Assembly (NCBI GenBank): GCA_028534125.1
Contig: CM052816.1
Coordinates: forward strand, 682,001 to 746,000
Direction of reading: 5' to 3'
Origin: Lama glama
Lineage: Eukaryota
Length of the DNA stretch: 64,000 nucleotides
Position numbers and translations under genes: made by a program. Shown in pieces: positions 62,777 to 64,000 of this stretch. The notes below the pieces were generated by a model. That model saw nothing but the letters and a program-made list of their open reading frames with translations, had not been told where the DNA came from and did not search any database. The stretch's first letter is position 1. Each line of letters opens with the position of its first letter.

Positions 62777-64000
62777 CTTTGGAGAGAAACAATAATTAAA
62801 CCCCCAAAACAATCACGTTAACGCAATGGGCGCCTTCAACCACCTCATGATGCCAGCTTGACCTATTGCCAAGAGAACTTTGCTCCCAGTGATTACTGGC
62901 TTATGTATACATGACCTTGGACAAGCTCCTCACTATCCCTCAACTTCAGTCTCCTCATCTATAAAATACCAGAGTGGCAAAGATGTTTTTCACATTCCTT
63001 CCAACTGAAAGACTCTGGTTTCTTGTTTCTGTTTTGACCCGAGGACAGATGAATGAGGGACAGAAGAAGAAATGGGCCAGGAAATGAGTAATTATTGTGA
63101 TAACAAGAGCAACTAGAGACAGACAAGGAGAGAGAAACATGCCAAGGAGGGGATGGTCTGCAACAGTCCTTTATCAGTCCATGGATTGATGAAAACTGAA
63201 ATGAGATGGTGTTGAGATGCTTAATGGAGAATAACAGACACATTTCTTTCATGTCTCTTTGCAAAATTCACAATCAAAATAGATAGTAGCACTCACATTT
63301 ATTATGGGCTTCTCATGGGCTAGGTGCCGCACTGATACCTTTTCTCATCTAGCCCACACCAAGCCGGATGAGGTGCTTTGTATTTTTAGCACCGTTTTGT
63401 GGAGGTAGAGACTGAGCCTCAGGCTGAGTGACACAGGAAGGAGCAAAGCCAGGATTTAGACAGGGTCACTGATTTCTGAGCCATGCCCCTAATATTGCAC
63501 TTTTCTCCGTCTGAAAATGTGTGAGACCATTTCTTCTGCCATATAAGTAGGTATCTCAGACAGACAGGAGGAGAAATAAAGACAATAAAATAGGTGGTTA
63601 AAAAGCAGCCCTTCCCCAGGATTGAACATGGGCAGTCTTCTGTTACAGTGTTCACCCACTCAGGTTTCCTCACTAGACTTCGAGTTCCGCAAAGACTATA
63701 AATCCGACGCTATACGTCTTTTGATCATACACATCTCCTAGAGTTTGGGTGGAGGAATGCGCTGGCTTTGTTTGGGATTGATCCCTTCATATCACTGAAT
63801 TTGTAAAGCAAGACATCAGCCCAGAGCCGTAAGTGATGCTAAAGGAAGCAGGAAGGCCCCTGAAGCTGCAGGAATCTCCAAGCTGAAATTTATAAAGACC
63901 GCAGTTTCATGTTCATGACATCTCAGTCATGCTCATCTCTCCTTCCATCTCCATTCTTGCCTCTTCACTCCTGGCCTCATGCACCCCCCCCCCAAAATCC

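Overview
Mammalian genomic DNA, most likely camelid, judged from four tRNA-derived SINEs ending in 'aacctaattacccc' and an artiodactyl-type NLRP3 sequence. There are two assembly gaps: 100 N at 174-273 and 500 N at 53085-53584. Left of the large gap are an intact five-coding-exon LYPD8 gene (+, 28038-34848, 240 aa, with a TATA promoter and non-coding first exon near 25.5 kb), a disabled RoBo-1/LYPD9-like Ly6/uPAR paralogue (+, exons 51665-51813 and 52431-52562) and a processed RPL17 pseudogene (-) nested in an MLT2 LTR inside an old L1. Right of the gap is the 5' half of NLRP3 (-): a 5'UTR exon plus the PYD, linker and NACHT exons, with no LRR exons visible. The rest is mostly L1, LTR, SINE and DNA-transposon remnants and simple repeats. 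I found no wholly new biological system. The best leads are the LRR-less NLRP3 abutting the LYPD cluster (probably a scaffold join), loss of the NLRP3 S198-equivalent phosphosite, overlapping uORFs in the NLRP3 leader, a recurrent chimeric L1 3' end, and unannotated Ly6/uPAR relics. Comparisons to other species and repeat names are from memory and need database confirmation.
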